Below are positions 10,137 to 19,580 of a stretch of 64,000 nt of DNA, piece after piece; position 1 is the stretch's first letter; each line of letters begins with the position of its first letter. The DNA is from a virus: IMG/VR virus record IMGVR_UViG_3300021083_000196, positions 3,377-67,376 of that record, one strand, 5' to 3'. The notes under the pieces are model-generated. The model did not search any database, was not told the origin of the DNA, and saw only the letters and a program-made list of their open reading frames with translations. A program made the position numbers and the translations under genes.

Positions 10137-10787
10137 ATGGGTATCAAAAAGCCATCACTTCCAAAAACCAGAAAAGAAGCCGTTGCTTGCGGAAGTGAAT
10201 TCTATTTCACAGGCAATCCATGTAAAAACGGGCATCTTGTTCCGAGAAGAACAAACGGATGGGGATGTCAACAGTGCTCTAACATACGGCATCGCAATAT
10301 ACCGCGCGATAAAATATTGGAATATGAGCGAAAGAGACGGCTTAGACATCCTCAACGATTTAAGAAATATTATGAAGCGAATAAAGAGAAATGTAATAGT
10401 GAGAGCAATAAGTGGCACGCGGAGAATCGTCCCCGCATAAATAAAGACCGCAGAGATAGGTACAAAAATGATATTCAATACAAATTGGCTACTCGCTTAC
10501 GCGCTAGAATAAATGCGGCATTGAAGAGGAAAAATAGTCTGCGGAGCGATGGCGTTCTAAAGTTGCTTGGATGTCCTTCTAAGGATGCAATCGCATGGCT
10601 TGAAAAGCAATTTAAAGAAGGAATGACTTGGGATAATTGGAGCCATAAGGGTTGGCATATTGATCACATAAGACCTCTATCATCTTTTAATCTTGCGGAT
10701 AAATATCAGTTGGCGCAAGCTTGCCATTACACAAATCTACAGCCGATGTGGTCTGGGGATAACTGGTCAAAAGGAGCTAAAGTATAA
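10137..10787 (+). CDS. HNH-type homing endonuclease
   Basis: YFTGNPCKNGH N-terminus; GMTWDN...WHIDHIRPLSSF...CHYTNLQPMW. Confidence 0.85.
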   Translation: MGIKKPSLPKTRKEAVACGSEFYFTGNPCKNGHLVPRRTNGWGCQQCSNIRHRNIPRDKILEYERKRRLRHPQRFKKYYEANKEKCNSESNKWHAENRPRINKDRRDRYKNDIQYKLATRLRARINAALKRKNSLRSDGVLKLLGCPSKDAIAWLEKQFKEGMTWDNWSHKGWHIDHIRPLSSFNLADKYQLAQACHYTNLQPMWSGDNWSKGAKV

Positions 10788-10968
10788 TGGTAGGTACTAA
10801 AATGACGCTTCAAATCGGTGCAGAGGTGTTTGCGTTACTGTTAGCTAATCAAAGAGAATTATTTGAAACGTATGTCCCATCTCCAGAGCTGATATATGAG
10901 CCTGATCTAAATTTCTACGCTAAAGAATCACGTCACCATGGCCATCCACTCAACCCGCGAGGACAGAA

Positions 10969-11241
10969 ATGAGACGTCGAGGCGGATGGCGCGGTGTTCA
11001 AGGCATGATCGCCGAGATCATCTCCAAAGAGAAAAATGGGTGCACAGCAGCCGAAGTTTTGTACTCCCTCGAATCGATCGAAGGCTTCATCACGAGTTAC
11101 GAGGTTGTTACCGTCACCCTGAGCCGGATGTCAAAGAACGGATTAATCTACACACAAGGCAAAGAACGCTGCGACCATTGCGCGAGCCTGCGTCTCCGTT
11201 ATTACCTGACCAACGATGGTCTAATTTATCTCAATAGCTGA
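10969..11241 (+). CDS. hypothetical winged-helix-like protein
   Basis: 90 aa, VTVTLSRMSKNGLI and CDHC. Confidence 0.5.
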   Translation: MRRRGGWRGVQGMIAEIISKEKNGCTAAEVLYSLESIEGFITSYEVVTVTLSRMSKNGLIYTQGKERCDHCASLRLRYYLTNDGLIYLNS

Positions 11242-11252
11242 AGGACGAAGAA

Positions 11253-11471
11253 ATGTTTATTTTCTGCTGGATCGGCTGGCATTGGTGGGAGAGCAGAAAG
11301 AAGCAGGCCATGAATCCGAAGAAGGTATGGAATTATAGGAAGTGCACGCGCTGCGGTATCGAGCGTCATCACATAAGCTGGGACATCATCAAGCTATCAG
11401 ATTTACCTTCGCCAACTGGCTCGGGAGATGTTATAAAACTTAAAGCCACCATAGAGGAGAAACAGAAATGA
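11253..11471 (+). CDS. hypothetical protein (DUF1660-like)
   Basis: FCWIGWHWW...RKCTRCG pattern. Confidence 0.5.
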   Translation: MFIFCWIGWHWWESRKKQAMNPKKVWNYRKCTRCGIERHHISWDIIKLSDLPSPTGSGDVIKLKATIEEKQK

Positions 11472-11698
11472 AAAAACAACAACTCATCGTCAAACAACCG
11501 GAAAAAGCCGTGCCCTATGAAGTGATGGCGGACAGCATTGTCAGCATCAGCCGCTTCGCCAAGGAGATCAATAAATCACGCCTGAGTGAAAAGGCCATCC
11601 TCGTACTGGTCTCACATAGCACCGGCGAATCTCAAAAGACAATCAAGAATGTTCTGGCCGGTCTGGAACAACTCGAATCTGAGTTCGTAAGGAGATAA
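11468..11698 (+). CDS. hypothetical protein
   Basis: 76 aa with GAGGAG SD. Confidence 0.65.
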   Translation: MKKQQLIVKQPEKAVPYEVMADSIVSISRFAKEINKSRLSEKAILVLVSHSTGESQKTIKNVLAGLEQLESEFVRR

Positions 11699-11700
11699 CG

Positions 11701-11868
11701 ATGTTCCGAAACAACGCATCGCAAGCCCAGTCAATGATGGTCAAATGTAAAGACTGTCTCGATGTTATGAACGCAGTTTATAGCGATAAATGTCGTAATC
11801 TATGTTGGTCGTGTGGAGGAGAAATTAAATTCTCTGAGGAAATGTATGGTAGAGAGAACAAGAAGTGA
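11701..11868 (+). CDS. small Zn-finger protein
   Basis: 55 aa MFRNN...CKDC...CWSCGGEIK; AAGGAG SD; stop overlaps the GIY-YIG start. Confidence 0.55.
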   Translation: MFRNNASQAQSMMVKCKDCLDVMNAVYSDKCRNLCWSCGGEIKFSEEMYGRENKK

Positions 11869-12653
11869 ACTGCGGTATATATAAAATAACCAATTTAATT
11901 AATAAAAGGATATATATAGGGAGTTCCGTAGATATATACCATAGATATTTAAGCCATAAATCGCACTTAAAAAGACAAATTCACTGTAATATAAAGTTGC
12001 AAAGATCGTGGAACAAATATGGTGAAAATTGTTTCACTTTTGAGACGATATTATTTTGTGAGAAAAAAGATTTATTGTTATATGAACAAATAGCGATTGA
12101 TTTTTATGATTGTGTTAAACATGGTTATAATATAGCTCCGTTCGCTGCAAGCACTCTTGGAAGAAAGCATACGGCAACATCAAAAATTAAAATGTCAAAA
12201 TCACGAAAAGGTGTTACAAAAGGGCCATTGTCGGAGCAGCACAAGAAAAGTTTATCCTTAGCCCTATCTGGGAAGGTTTACTCTGCTGAAAGAATAGAAA
12301 AAATTCGTATAGCAAATACAGGTAGAAAAGCCTCGGAAGAGACAAAGATGAAAATGTCTATTATTAGAAAAGGTAGGAAGCTTTCTCCCGAAGCAAAGGA
12401 AAAGATTGCTCTGAAAAATAAAGAAAGAGGAAAGTTTCAGCGTGGTATAAGGCTATCAGAAGAAACAAAGAAAAGGATGTCTCTTGCGGGAAGGGGGAAA
12501 ACTCAATCTGTTGATCATGTAAGGAAAAGAAGAGAGAGCAATATAATTAGCAGGATGAGAAAATCCCACAGAAACACAAGCGTTGCTCGTGCGAGATATT
12601 GTGGCGGCGAGATCAAGCACGAGAAGGATACCAACAAGCGAGCGTCGAAATGA
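11865..12653 (+). CDS. GIY-YIG homing endonuclease with NUMOD3-like repeats
   Basis: CGIYKITNLINKRIYIGSS; repeated SEETKxKMS motifs. Confidence 0.92.
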   Translation: MNCGIYKITNLINKRIYIGSSVDIYHRYLSHKSHLKRQIHCNIKLQRSWNKYGENCFTFETILFCEKKDLLLYEQIAIDFYDCVKHGYNIAPFAASTLGRKHTATSKIKMSKSRKGVTKGPLSEQHKKSLSLALSGKVYSAERIEKIRIANTGRKASEETKMKMSIIRKGRKLSPEAKEKIALKNKERGKFQRGIRLSEETKKRMSLAGRGKTQSVDHVRKRRESNIISRMRKSHRNTSVARARYCGGEIKHEKDTNKRASK

Positions 12654-12862
12654 CCACCGCTTCTAATACTCTTGCGCTCTCCGATGAGAAATGGATCGCC
12701 TATCTCAACAACCTGAAAAATGATCACCGCAATCATATGCGCCGCGCCTGCGATGCCAACTACGGATCACAGGCCGACCGCATCCAGTCGATGTGTCGGG
12801 CCAACAATATCGCCGATGAATTCTTCCGCCTTACTCATGAAACTATCGAGTCCATGCCCTAA
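12650..12862 (+). CDS. hypothetical protein
   Basis: MTTASN start overlapping the upstream stop. Confidence 0.5.
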   Translation: MTTASNTLALSDEKWIAYLNNLKNDHRNHMRRACDANYGSQADRIQSMCRANNIADEFFRLTHETIESMP

Positions 12863-13120
12863 TATCACCCCCGATCACCCTGCATCACTATCCCCTTGAT
12901 TTCTTTGACTTGTGCGAAATCCCGATCTCATGCAATAGTTGGATAAAGGGAGATCAGACATGACGCCGAAGAAAAAGACGACAAGACGCAAATCTACGAT
13001 TACCCCGCGACCTGATTATCCCGTGAGCCTGATGCCATATTGGTACATCGGCGGCATCGTCTTCATGCTGTTGATGGCCTGCGCCGTTCTAGGCTCGAAA
13101 TAACACAGCATCGAGGCACA

Positions 13121-15061
13121 ATGAAAATCTCATGGCCATTTATTAAAAAAGCTGAGGCCGCTGCCGCACCTGTGGTCGAGGCCATAAAAAATCCCAAGGG
13201 GTTCACATCAGGCGGCGAGGTGGCGGCCTTCTTCGAAGCCGATTACTCGATGCGTCATTCCAAGGCCATGGAGCGCAGCTTCGGTAAAACCGTGAACGCG
13301 CTGGGCTCCCTGAGAACTTTCGATCTGGACACCGGTACCAGTGTCGCCATGGATGCCCAGATGAAGACCGTCATGGATAACTCGATACAGCAGGTCAAGT
13401 CGTTCACGAGTCAGAACCAAGGCTTCTTACCGATTCACATCCTCGAATGGTACAGCTCGCAGGGCTTCATAGGCTGGCAGGTCTGCGCTATCCTCGCCCA
13501 GAACTGGCTGGTCAACAAAGCCTGCAAAATGCCCGGCCAAGATGCGGTTCGTCACGGCTTCGAACGTGCGGTCAACAAAGGCGTCGAACTTGAAGCCGAA
13601 GTCTTCGACGATCTCCGTGCACTGGATAAGCGTTATAAGCTGAAGAACAATCTGATCGAGCACTACAAGTTCGCCCGCGTCTTCGGTATCCGCCATACGC
13701 TGTTCATCGTCGAAGGCATCGACTACGAATTGCCGTTCAACATCGACGGCGTCAAAGAGGGCAGCTACAAGGGCATGACCCAGATCGATCCTTACTGGCT
13801 GGCTCCGATGTTAAGCCTTGAGGATGCCAGCGATCCCTATAGCCAGAACTTCTATAACCCGACATGGTGGATGATCGGTGGCCGCAAGATACACCGCAGC
13901 CACTTCGTGATCAGCCGTAACGGAAACGATGTTGCGGACATCCTGAAACCAACATATTTCTACGGCGGCCTATCAACGGCACAACTGATCTTCGAGCGCG
14001 TCTATGCGGCGGAACGTACCGCCAACGAGGCCCCGCTGCTCGCGATGACTAAACGCCTGCTGACCATCCAGACCGATACCACCAGGGCTATGAGCAATAT
14101 CGATGCCTTCAAGGCCCGCCTCACCGAATGGATGGTGTTCATCAACAACTTCGGCCTCAAGGTCTTGGGACTCGATGAGAAGATCGAACAGATCGACACC
14201 TCGCTCGCAGAATTCAACCAGACGATCATGACGCAATACGAGCTTGTGGCCGCTGAAGCCGAAGTACCGGCTGCGAAATTGCTGGGCACATCACCGAAGG
14301 GTGGACTGGGTACCGAGGGCACCTATGACTCGGACAGCTACCATGAATTCCTTGAAAGCATCCAAGAGCTGGAGATGTCGCCGATCGTTGAACGCCATAC
14401 CCAGTTATGCCAACGCAGCCATAATATTGCACCAGACGTCAACATGGAAATCAACTGGAATTCCACGGACAGCCCGACCGCCAAGGAACTCGCGGAGATC
14501 AACAAGATCAAAGCCGAGACCGATGTCGCCCTGACCACCGCCGGATCCATCGATGGCCTCGACGGTCGTAAACGTCTGATCAACGACAAGGACAGCAATT
14601 ATCACGGCATCGAAGAAAACGTCGAAGGATTTACGCTGGCCGCCGAAGAAGGTGACCCCGAGGGCGGCGGAGAGAATGATAGCGCGGACAGTACCGCCGC
14701 AGATGGCGGCCCGCTCGGTGGATACTTCGATCCCAAGGCTGGGACATTTATGGGTGCACGCCTGATCACACATCAGCGATTCCTCGACGAAAAGAAGGTT
14801 ACTGAAAAGATTGCGGCCAAGGATTTCTTGGTCAACGTCACCCCTGAATTCGAAGATCAGGGCAAGATGTACAGAATGATTATTGATGGCCATCATAGCT
14901 TGATGGCTGCCGTCCGTAGTGGTAACATTCCTGTGTTCACGCAGGACTTGCCTCGTAGTGAAGTATTCAATGCTGCGACAAGACAGGCAACTGATGGAAA
15001 ATATACCGAACGACTTGAAAAAATGAAAAAGAGACGAGACCCAGATAATATTGAAGATTAA
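13121..15061 (+). CDS. portal protein (DUF1073-like) with C-terminal ParB-like extension
   Basis: QGFIGWQ.CAILAQNWLVNKAC, IDPYW, KIHRSH, KLLGTSPKG; tail contains IIDGHHS. Confidence 0.88.
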   Translation: MKISWPFIKKAEAAAAPVVEAIKNPKGFTSGGEVAAFFEADYSMRHSKAMERSFGKTVNALGSLRTFDLDTGTSVAMDAQMKTVMDNSIQQVKSFTSQNQGFLPIHILEWYSSQGFIGWQVCAILAQNWLVNKACKMPGQDAVRHGFERAVNKGVELEAEVFDDLRALDKRYKLKNNLIEHYKFARVFGIRHTLFIVEGIDYELPFNIDGVKEGSYKGMTQIDPYWLAPMLSLEDASDPYSQNFYNPTWWMIGGRKIHRSHFVISRNGNDVADILKPTYFYGGLSTAQLIFERVYAAERTANEAPLLAMTKRLLTIQTDTTRAMSNIDAFKARLTEWMVFINNFGLKVLGLDEKIEQIDTSLAEFNQTIMTQYELVAAEAEVPAAKLLGTSPKGGLGTEGTYDSDSYHEFLESIQELEMSPIVERHTQLCQRSHNIAPDVNMEINWNSTDSPTAKELAEINKIKAETDVALTTAGSIDGLDGRKRLINDKDSNYHGIEENVEGFTLAAEEGDPEGGGENDSADSTAADGGPLGGYFDPKAGTFMGARLITHQRFLDEKKVTEKIAAKDFLVNVTPEFEDQGKMYRMIIDGHHSLMAAVRSGNIPVFTQDLPRSEVFNAATRQATDGKYTERLEKMKKRRDPDNIED

Positions 15062-15064
15062 GTT

Positions 15065-15388
15065 ATGACCTCAGCGGCCCACACTCCGAAACCCCCAAAT
15101 ACCCCCGCTGCTGAGGTCACCCAATCCGTTGATATCACGATCACCCCATGCGAAGCCGTGATCGACGAAGATACTTATAACGAGCTGCTCAAGACGTTTC
15201 AGGCCGAGATATTCAAAGAGCTGATGCTGATCCCCGACGGTAAGCGCACCAAGGAGAACATATTCTTGGCCCTCTATGACTACATGCACAAACAACATCT
15301 TTTCAAGTTCAGCGTGAATGGATATGATATCAAGGTTCGGGTCCCTACACCCAATTGTATAATCCATGGAGTTGATATCATCACATGA
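15065..15388 (+). CDS. hypothetical protein
   Basis: 107-aa ORF directly after the portal. Confidence 0.6.
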   Translation: MTSAAHTPKPPNTPAAEVTQSVDITITPCEAVIDEDTYNELLKTFQAEIFKELMLIPDGKRTKENIFLALYDYMHKQHLFKFSVNGYDIKVRVPTPNCIIHGVDIIT

Positions 15389-15691
15389 ACTTTGACACTG
15401 AAAGAGCTGGCTTCCATCGCACCGAGAACAGAACCGAATGCGGACTGATACCGGCAACGAAACATCTTCTGGAACGCATGGGGCTGCAGAACAATACCAA
15501 GGTCTGCGAGAGCGTCGGTAAAACCGCTGTAGTGTTGAATCTGAGATGATAAAATCAATCATGATGAGGCTGAAATATCAGCGGTGGGTTATCTATGAGA
15601 GAGCGGGACTCATAAGCGTTCTTGTTATCTTTGGGTTTACTGTATACGTCCGCGTGGGCAAGAAGAAAATGCTATTTGGAGTGGTGTTCTG

Positions 15692-16135
15692 ATGACATCC
15701 AAAGATACGAATCCGAAAGATGCTGTAGGCATCAAGAAAGCACCGATGAGCACATTACCGGCACAAGTCGTTCTTGAGATCGGCTGCGCGATGCTGGAGG
15801 GAGCCAGAAAATATGGCCGTCACAATTACAGGGAGTCAGGCGTCCGCGCCTCGGTATATTATGATGCCGCGATGCGACACCTCATGGCATGGTGGGAGGG
15901 TCAAGACATCGATCCCGATAGTGGTCTCAGTCACATCACAAAAGCCATGGCGTCGTTAATGGTTCTGCGTGACTCCATGATCCATGACATGATGACCGAC
16001 GACCGGCCACCGAAGACGTCCGAGATATGGATGTCCGAATGGAACGCGAAATGCGCGGCGATCATCGAGAAATATCCGGATGCAAAACCCTCTGTAACAG
16101 AGATCGGAAAACAATATGGCGAAAAAACGAAATGA
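15692..16135 (+). CDS. dATP/dGTP diphosphohydrolase domain protein
   Basis: NPKDAVGIKK...GARKYGRHNYR...YYDAAMRHL.AWWEGQDIDPDSGLSH. Confidence 0.85.
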   Translation: MTSKDTNPKDAVGIKKAPMSTLPAQVVLEIGCAMLEGARKYGRHNYRESGVRASVYYDAAMRHLMAWWEGQDIDPDSGLSHITKAMASLMVLRDSMIHDMMTDDRPPKTSEIWMSEWNAKCAAIIEKYPDAKPSVTEIGKQYGEKTK

Positions 16136-16973
16136 ACCATGGCAACCTAAAAAGCAAGCCGCTGTCATCACGGGCAACGTCATCGTGCCGCCTGCGGCAG
16201 TATCCAGCCGTTACCAAGCTGATCTCCGTGCACTCATCGACAAGATGTCCACGGAATACCACCGTGAAATTGAGCGACTATTCAAGACCGAAGACGTTCA
16301 GAAGTTCTTCGCACAGGACGACAGCCCTTCTGCTCAGGCGCGTATCTTAACCAATTATCTGTCACGCAAGTTCACGAGCATGTTCGCAAAACGTGCCAAG
16401 CCGATGGCGGAGCGATTCGCTGCACAGTCGAATAAAGCCAATCGTGCACAAGTCGGCGAGAGCCTGAAAAAGATGTCGTCACAGTTCGCTGTTCCACGCA
16501 CGGCCCTGAGTGAACATCTAAACGAGAACTTGAGCGCGATCGTTACGGAGAACGTGAACCTTATTAAATCGATCGGCCAGCAATATTTGTCACAGGTCAA
16601 CGGCAGCGTCATGCGCTCGATCACACAGGGGACTGGATTGGCCCAGTTGAAAAAAGAGATTGATGCCCATAAGCAGGTATCACTACGTCGCGCCGAGATC
16701 ATTGCTCTCGACCAGACCCGCAAGACATCGCAGGCCCTGTCCCGTGCCCGCTATCAGGAAGAAGGCCTTACCCATTACGTATGGAAACATACCAGTGGCT
16801 CCGTGGAACCGCGTGAGCTGCATATCGGATATGATGGCCAGATATTCGAGTACGGCAAGCCTATCCTCGTCCAGAAGGCGACGCGCACGCAGCCCGCTGT
16901 GTATGGGTTCCCCGGCACAGCTATCAATTGCAGATGCCGCGCTGTGGCTGTAATACCGACTACAAAAGCATGA
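16116..16973 (+). CDS. head morphogenesis protein (SPP1 gp7/Mu F family)
   Basis: RAEIIALDQT, PRELH...DGQIF, PGTAINCRC. Confidence 0.9.
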   Translation: MAKKRNEPWQPKKQAAVITGNVIVPPAAVSSRYQADLRALIDKMSTEYHREIERLFKTEDVQKFFAQDDSPSAQARILTNYLSRKFTSMFAKRAKPMAERFAAQSNKANRAQVGESLKKMSSQFAVPRTALSEHLNENLSAIVTENVNLIKSIGQQYLSQVNGSVMRSITQGTGLAQLKKEIDAHKQVSLRRAEIIALDQTRKTSQALSRARYQEEGLTHYVWKHTSGSVEPRELHIGYDGQIFEYGKPILVQKATRTQPAVYGFPGTAINCRCRAVAVIPTTKA

Positions 16974-17060
16974 GGCCGCCACTTGTAATGGCAGCCCCAC
17001 TTTAAAGGAACGGTTGGCAGTCAGAGTTACAAGCTCTCTGCCCCCGCATCTCCCCAGTTC

Positions 17061-17219
17061 TTACCACATCTCTCTTATAACGGCCTCTGCGTATCCGGCT
17101 AAGTTGTAGACTCCGACCATCACGAGCACCCATGATGGAAGATGGAAATATTCTATGATAGCCAATGCGGGCGCAAATATCGCCATCTGCAGGAACCATC
17201 TCTTGAGTATTTTAGTCAT
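17061..17219 (-). CDS. small membrane protein
   Basis: Two hydrophobic segments. Confidence 0.45.
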   Translation of the reverse strand: MTKILKRWFLQMAIFAPALAIIEYFHLPSWVLVMVGVYNLAGYAEAVIREMW

Positions 17220-17723
17220 CAAACGCACTTCCGATGATCGCACCCTCAATCGCTCCTTCGACGCCACCATCTTCGGCACCAATAATAGCTCCGATGATCA
17301 TGCCAGTGTTATCGTCATCATAGTTCCGCGAGCAGTTATCATCCTGATGGGCGAACGATCGTCCATAGTCGCCATATAGCTTTGGCGGCGGACATGCGGG
17401 CGGCAGCGGTTTATCTGGCCTGACATCGACATTCTTGACCCCGAAGGCACCTTTAAGCGTTGACCAAAATCCCATCATCATCTCCTTCTTTTCTGATTTC
17501 AGCGAGCATCCGCGCCTTGAAGGCTTGGTACAACTCTTCCCAAAGTCCACAGTCGAGCCTTGGGTGCTTAATGGCTGCTGTCTTAAACCACTGTTGCGCT
17601 TCTTCTGGAGTGAGTGTCATGCGAGGAGAATTCCTGCAAATATCAACCAACCCCATCCCGCATTACCGCTGGCCGCGACGACAGCCGCACAGATAAAGCA
17701 GACTACAGCGACTTCTCTCTGTG

Positions 17724-18083
17724 TCATTTCGCATTGCTCACATCATCATCGACAACCGTGCTGTGTTTTCCGTGGTGCTCGACATGTGTGGTGTGGGTGC
17801 CGCTGGCGGAGAAGTATATCGGATGATCGTTGCAGCCGAGATTAATAGCGTACAGCTTTAAATCATTGACCTGTGAAACAAGCACAGGTGTTTTACAGGC
17901 TTCTTCTATGGCCTCATCAGCTGCCGCTTCCTTATTCTTCTTGTCTACGCACACCTGATCGCCTTGGCTGCATGTGGTCGCCCAATGAACCACGCATACG
18001 GCGCAGATCACTGATATAGCAATTAAAGCAATTGCTATTAAGAAGACACATACGTTAGATAAAAATTCTTTTATCGTTTCCAT
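17724..18083 (-). CDS. membrane-anchored hypothetical protein
   Basis: N-terminal hydrophobic helix. Confidence 0.55.
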   Translation of the reverse strand: METIKEFLSNVCVFLIAIALIAISVICAVCVVHWATTCSQGDQVCVDKKNKEAAADEAIEEACKTPVLVSQVNDLKLYAINLGCNDHPIYFSASGTHTTHVEHHGKHSTVVDDDVSNAK

Positions 18084-18260
18084 TATTTTATAAATCCCAT
18101 TTTGTTTTGTTGCTTATGAAGCTTATTGCCATGCGCGTCGTATAGACCACTAAATGTATCTGGATCTTGTTCCGCGACCGTTACGCTATTTCTCTGAACA
18201 TCAACAGGCTGCTGCAGCCAGCTATTGTCATGCCATGGGCGCATCGTGCGGTGATACATC

Positions 18261-18500
18261 CTATTTCAACTTCCTGCTGGTGTTAAGCTTGATCTCTTTA
18301 GGGGACACGCCATAGACGAGCTGGTGTTTACGGCGCGGCACCCTCATGACAAGATCAGAACGTAGATTGAATATCGTGAAATCTCCCATAGGGACCGCCT
18401 CGATATTCGTCTTGACTTTGACGCCGCGATCTTTCCAGTATTTCTCGAAGGCTGCCTGATGGCCTTGCTCAGTGACGAGGAAAATCGGGGTATCACTCAT
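18261..18500 (-). CDS. hypothetical protein
   Basis: 79 aa, coupled to the upstream ORF. Confidence 0.55.
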   Translation of the reverse strand: MSDTPIFLVTEQGHQAAFEKYWKDRGVKVKTNIEAVPMGDFTIFNLRSDLVMRVPRRKHQLVYGVSPKEIKLNTSRKLK

Positions 18501-19273
18501 TTACGGGCATCCTTTGCTTTGAGGATTTTGGTGTAGATGTCATGACCCATGCCATAAGGAACTTGCAGATTGAAATCAGACCCATGGAATGCGATGCGGT
18601 CATCAATGGATGGGCGCGGGAAGTTCTTTGTCCCTGTCGGCAAGGGGTTATCACGGCCTGAATATCTGTATGATGTTAAGAGGAAAGGAGCATATAGACC
18701 TTTTTCAGTAATGAAATACGGCCTTACACAAGGCGGCAAATCATTATAAATGGGCTGAACAATACACCGTTTGGTCGAAAATTCTGGCATATTGTGATAT
18801 CCGCGATAATCTCCATGCCACCTTGTATTCGTGAAAGAAAATTTATCGTCGTCCTTCACCGCACTAGGCACCTCCTGAATCTCATATCGCACATCCACGG
18901 TGTTTTCAACCGGAGAGCCTGCAATAAATTCGATTCGGTTTACGGTGTTCAGGTTTATCGCCGCTTCGTATGGATTAGATAAGCTACTGATGTAGTCGGT
19001 GTCCTGTATATTTCCGTTACGCTCAATGTAGAGGTTGAGGAAGTTACCCCATCTCTGCAATTTCAGGACATATCCAAGAGATTGTCGATTGTGCTCGTGC
19101 TTGAAGTCATTATAGATTTTATCCCTAACCGAAAACAGCTCTTGTTCTTTTAGTAGCCGATACTTCTCGACAAGAGCATTATGCTCTGTGATCTCGCATT
19201 TCTTGCACTCTGTCGTCACGTCGGCATCCCCCGCAGATTGTTTTTTCTCATTTCCGCAAAACCAGATTGACAT
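18497..19273 (-). CDS. hypothetical protein
   Basis: 258-aa ORF. Confidence 0.7.
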   Translation of the reverse strand: MSIWFCGNEKKQSAGDADVTTECKKCEITEHNALVEKYRLLKEQELFSVRDKIYNDFKHEHNRQSLGYVLKLQRWGNFLNLYIERNGNIQDTDYISSLSNPYEAAINLNTVNRIEFIAGSPVENTVDVRYEIQEVPSAVKDDDKFSFTNTRWHGDYRGYHNMPEFSTKRCIVQPIYNDLPPCVRPYFITEKGLYAPFLLTSYRYSGRDNPLPTGTKNFPRPSIDDRIAFHGSDFNLQVPYGMGHDIYTKILKAKDARK

Positions 19274-19274
19274 C

Positions 19275-19463
19275 TTATTTTTCTACTTTGTTGGACTCAA
19301 TCCATGCGGAGAGGTCTGACCCTTTGTAACGGACACCTCCTCCTAATTTGCAGTATGGGGGATTGAATTTTTTGATGTGACGCCATTTTTTTAGAGTGGA
19401 AGTCTTGATGTTGAGGATGGCTGCAACCTCTGCAGTAGTGTGGTATTTGTCGGCTTCGATCAT
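19275..19463 (-). CDS. excisionase-like HTH DNA-binding protein
   Basis: TTAEVAAILNIKTSTLKKWR...PPYCKLGGGVRY...DL.AWI. Confidence 0.85.
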   Translation of the reverse strand: MIEADKYHTTAEVAAILNIKTSTLKKWRHIKKFNPPYCKLGGGVRYKGSDLSAWIESNKVEK

Positions 19464-19580
19464 ATTTATATTACCTTCTGTTGCCCTACATATACTTAAA
19501 TCACCCTACCTATTCTTTGTCAACTTGAAAACATTTTGACGTATTTTTCATCTCGTGTCCTTGATAGGGAAGGAGCACGA

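Noticed and set aside
13121-15061. Anti-CBASS Acb1 label sometimes attached to DUF1073 portals
   Set aside because: No paired HxT/S 2H-phosphoesterase motifs were seen; position and motifs indicate a portal.
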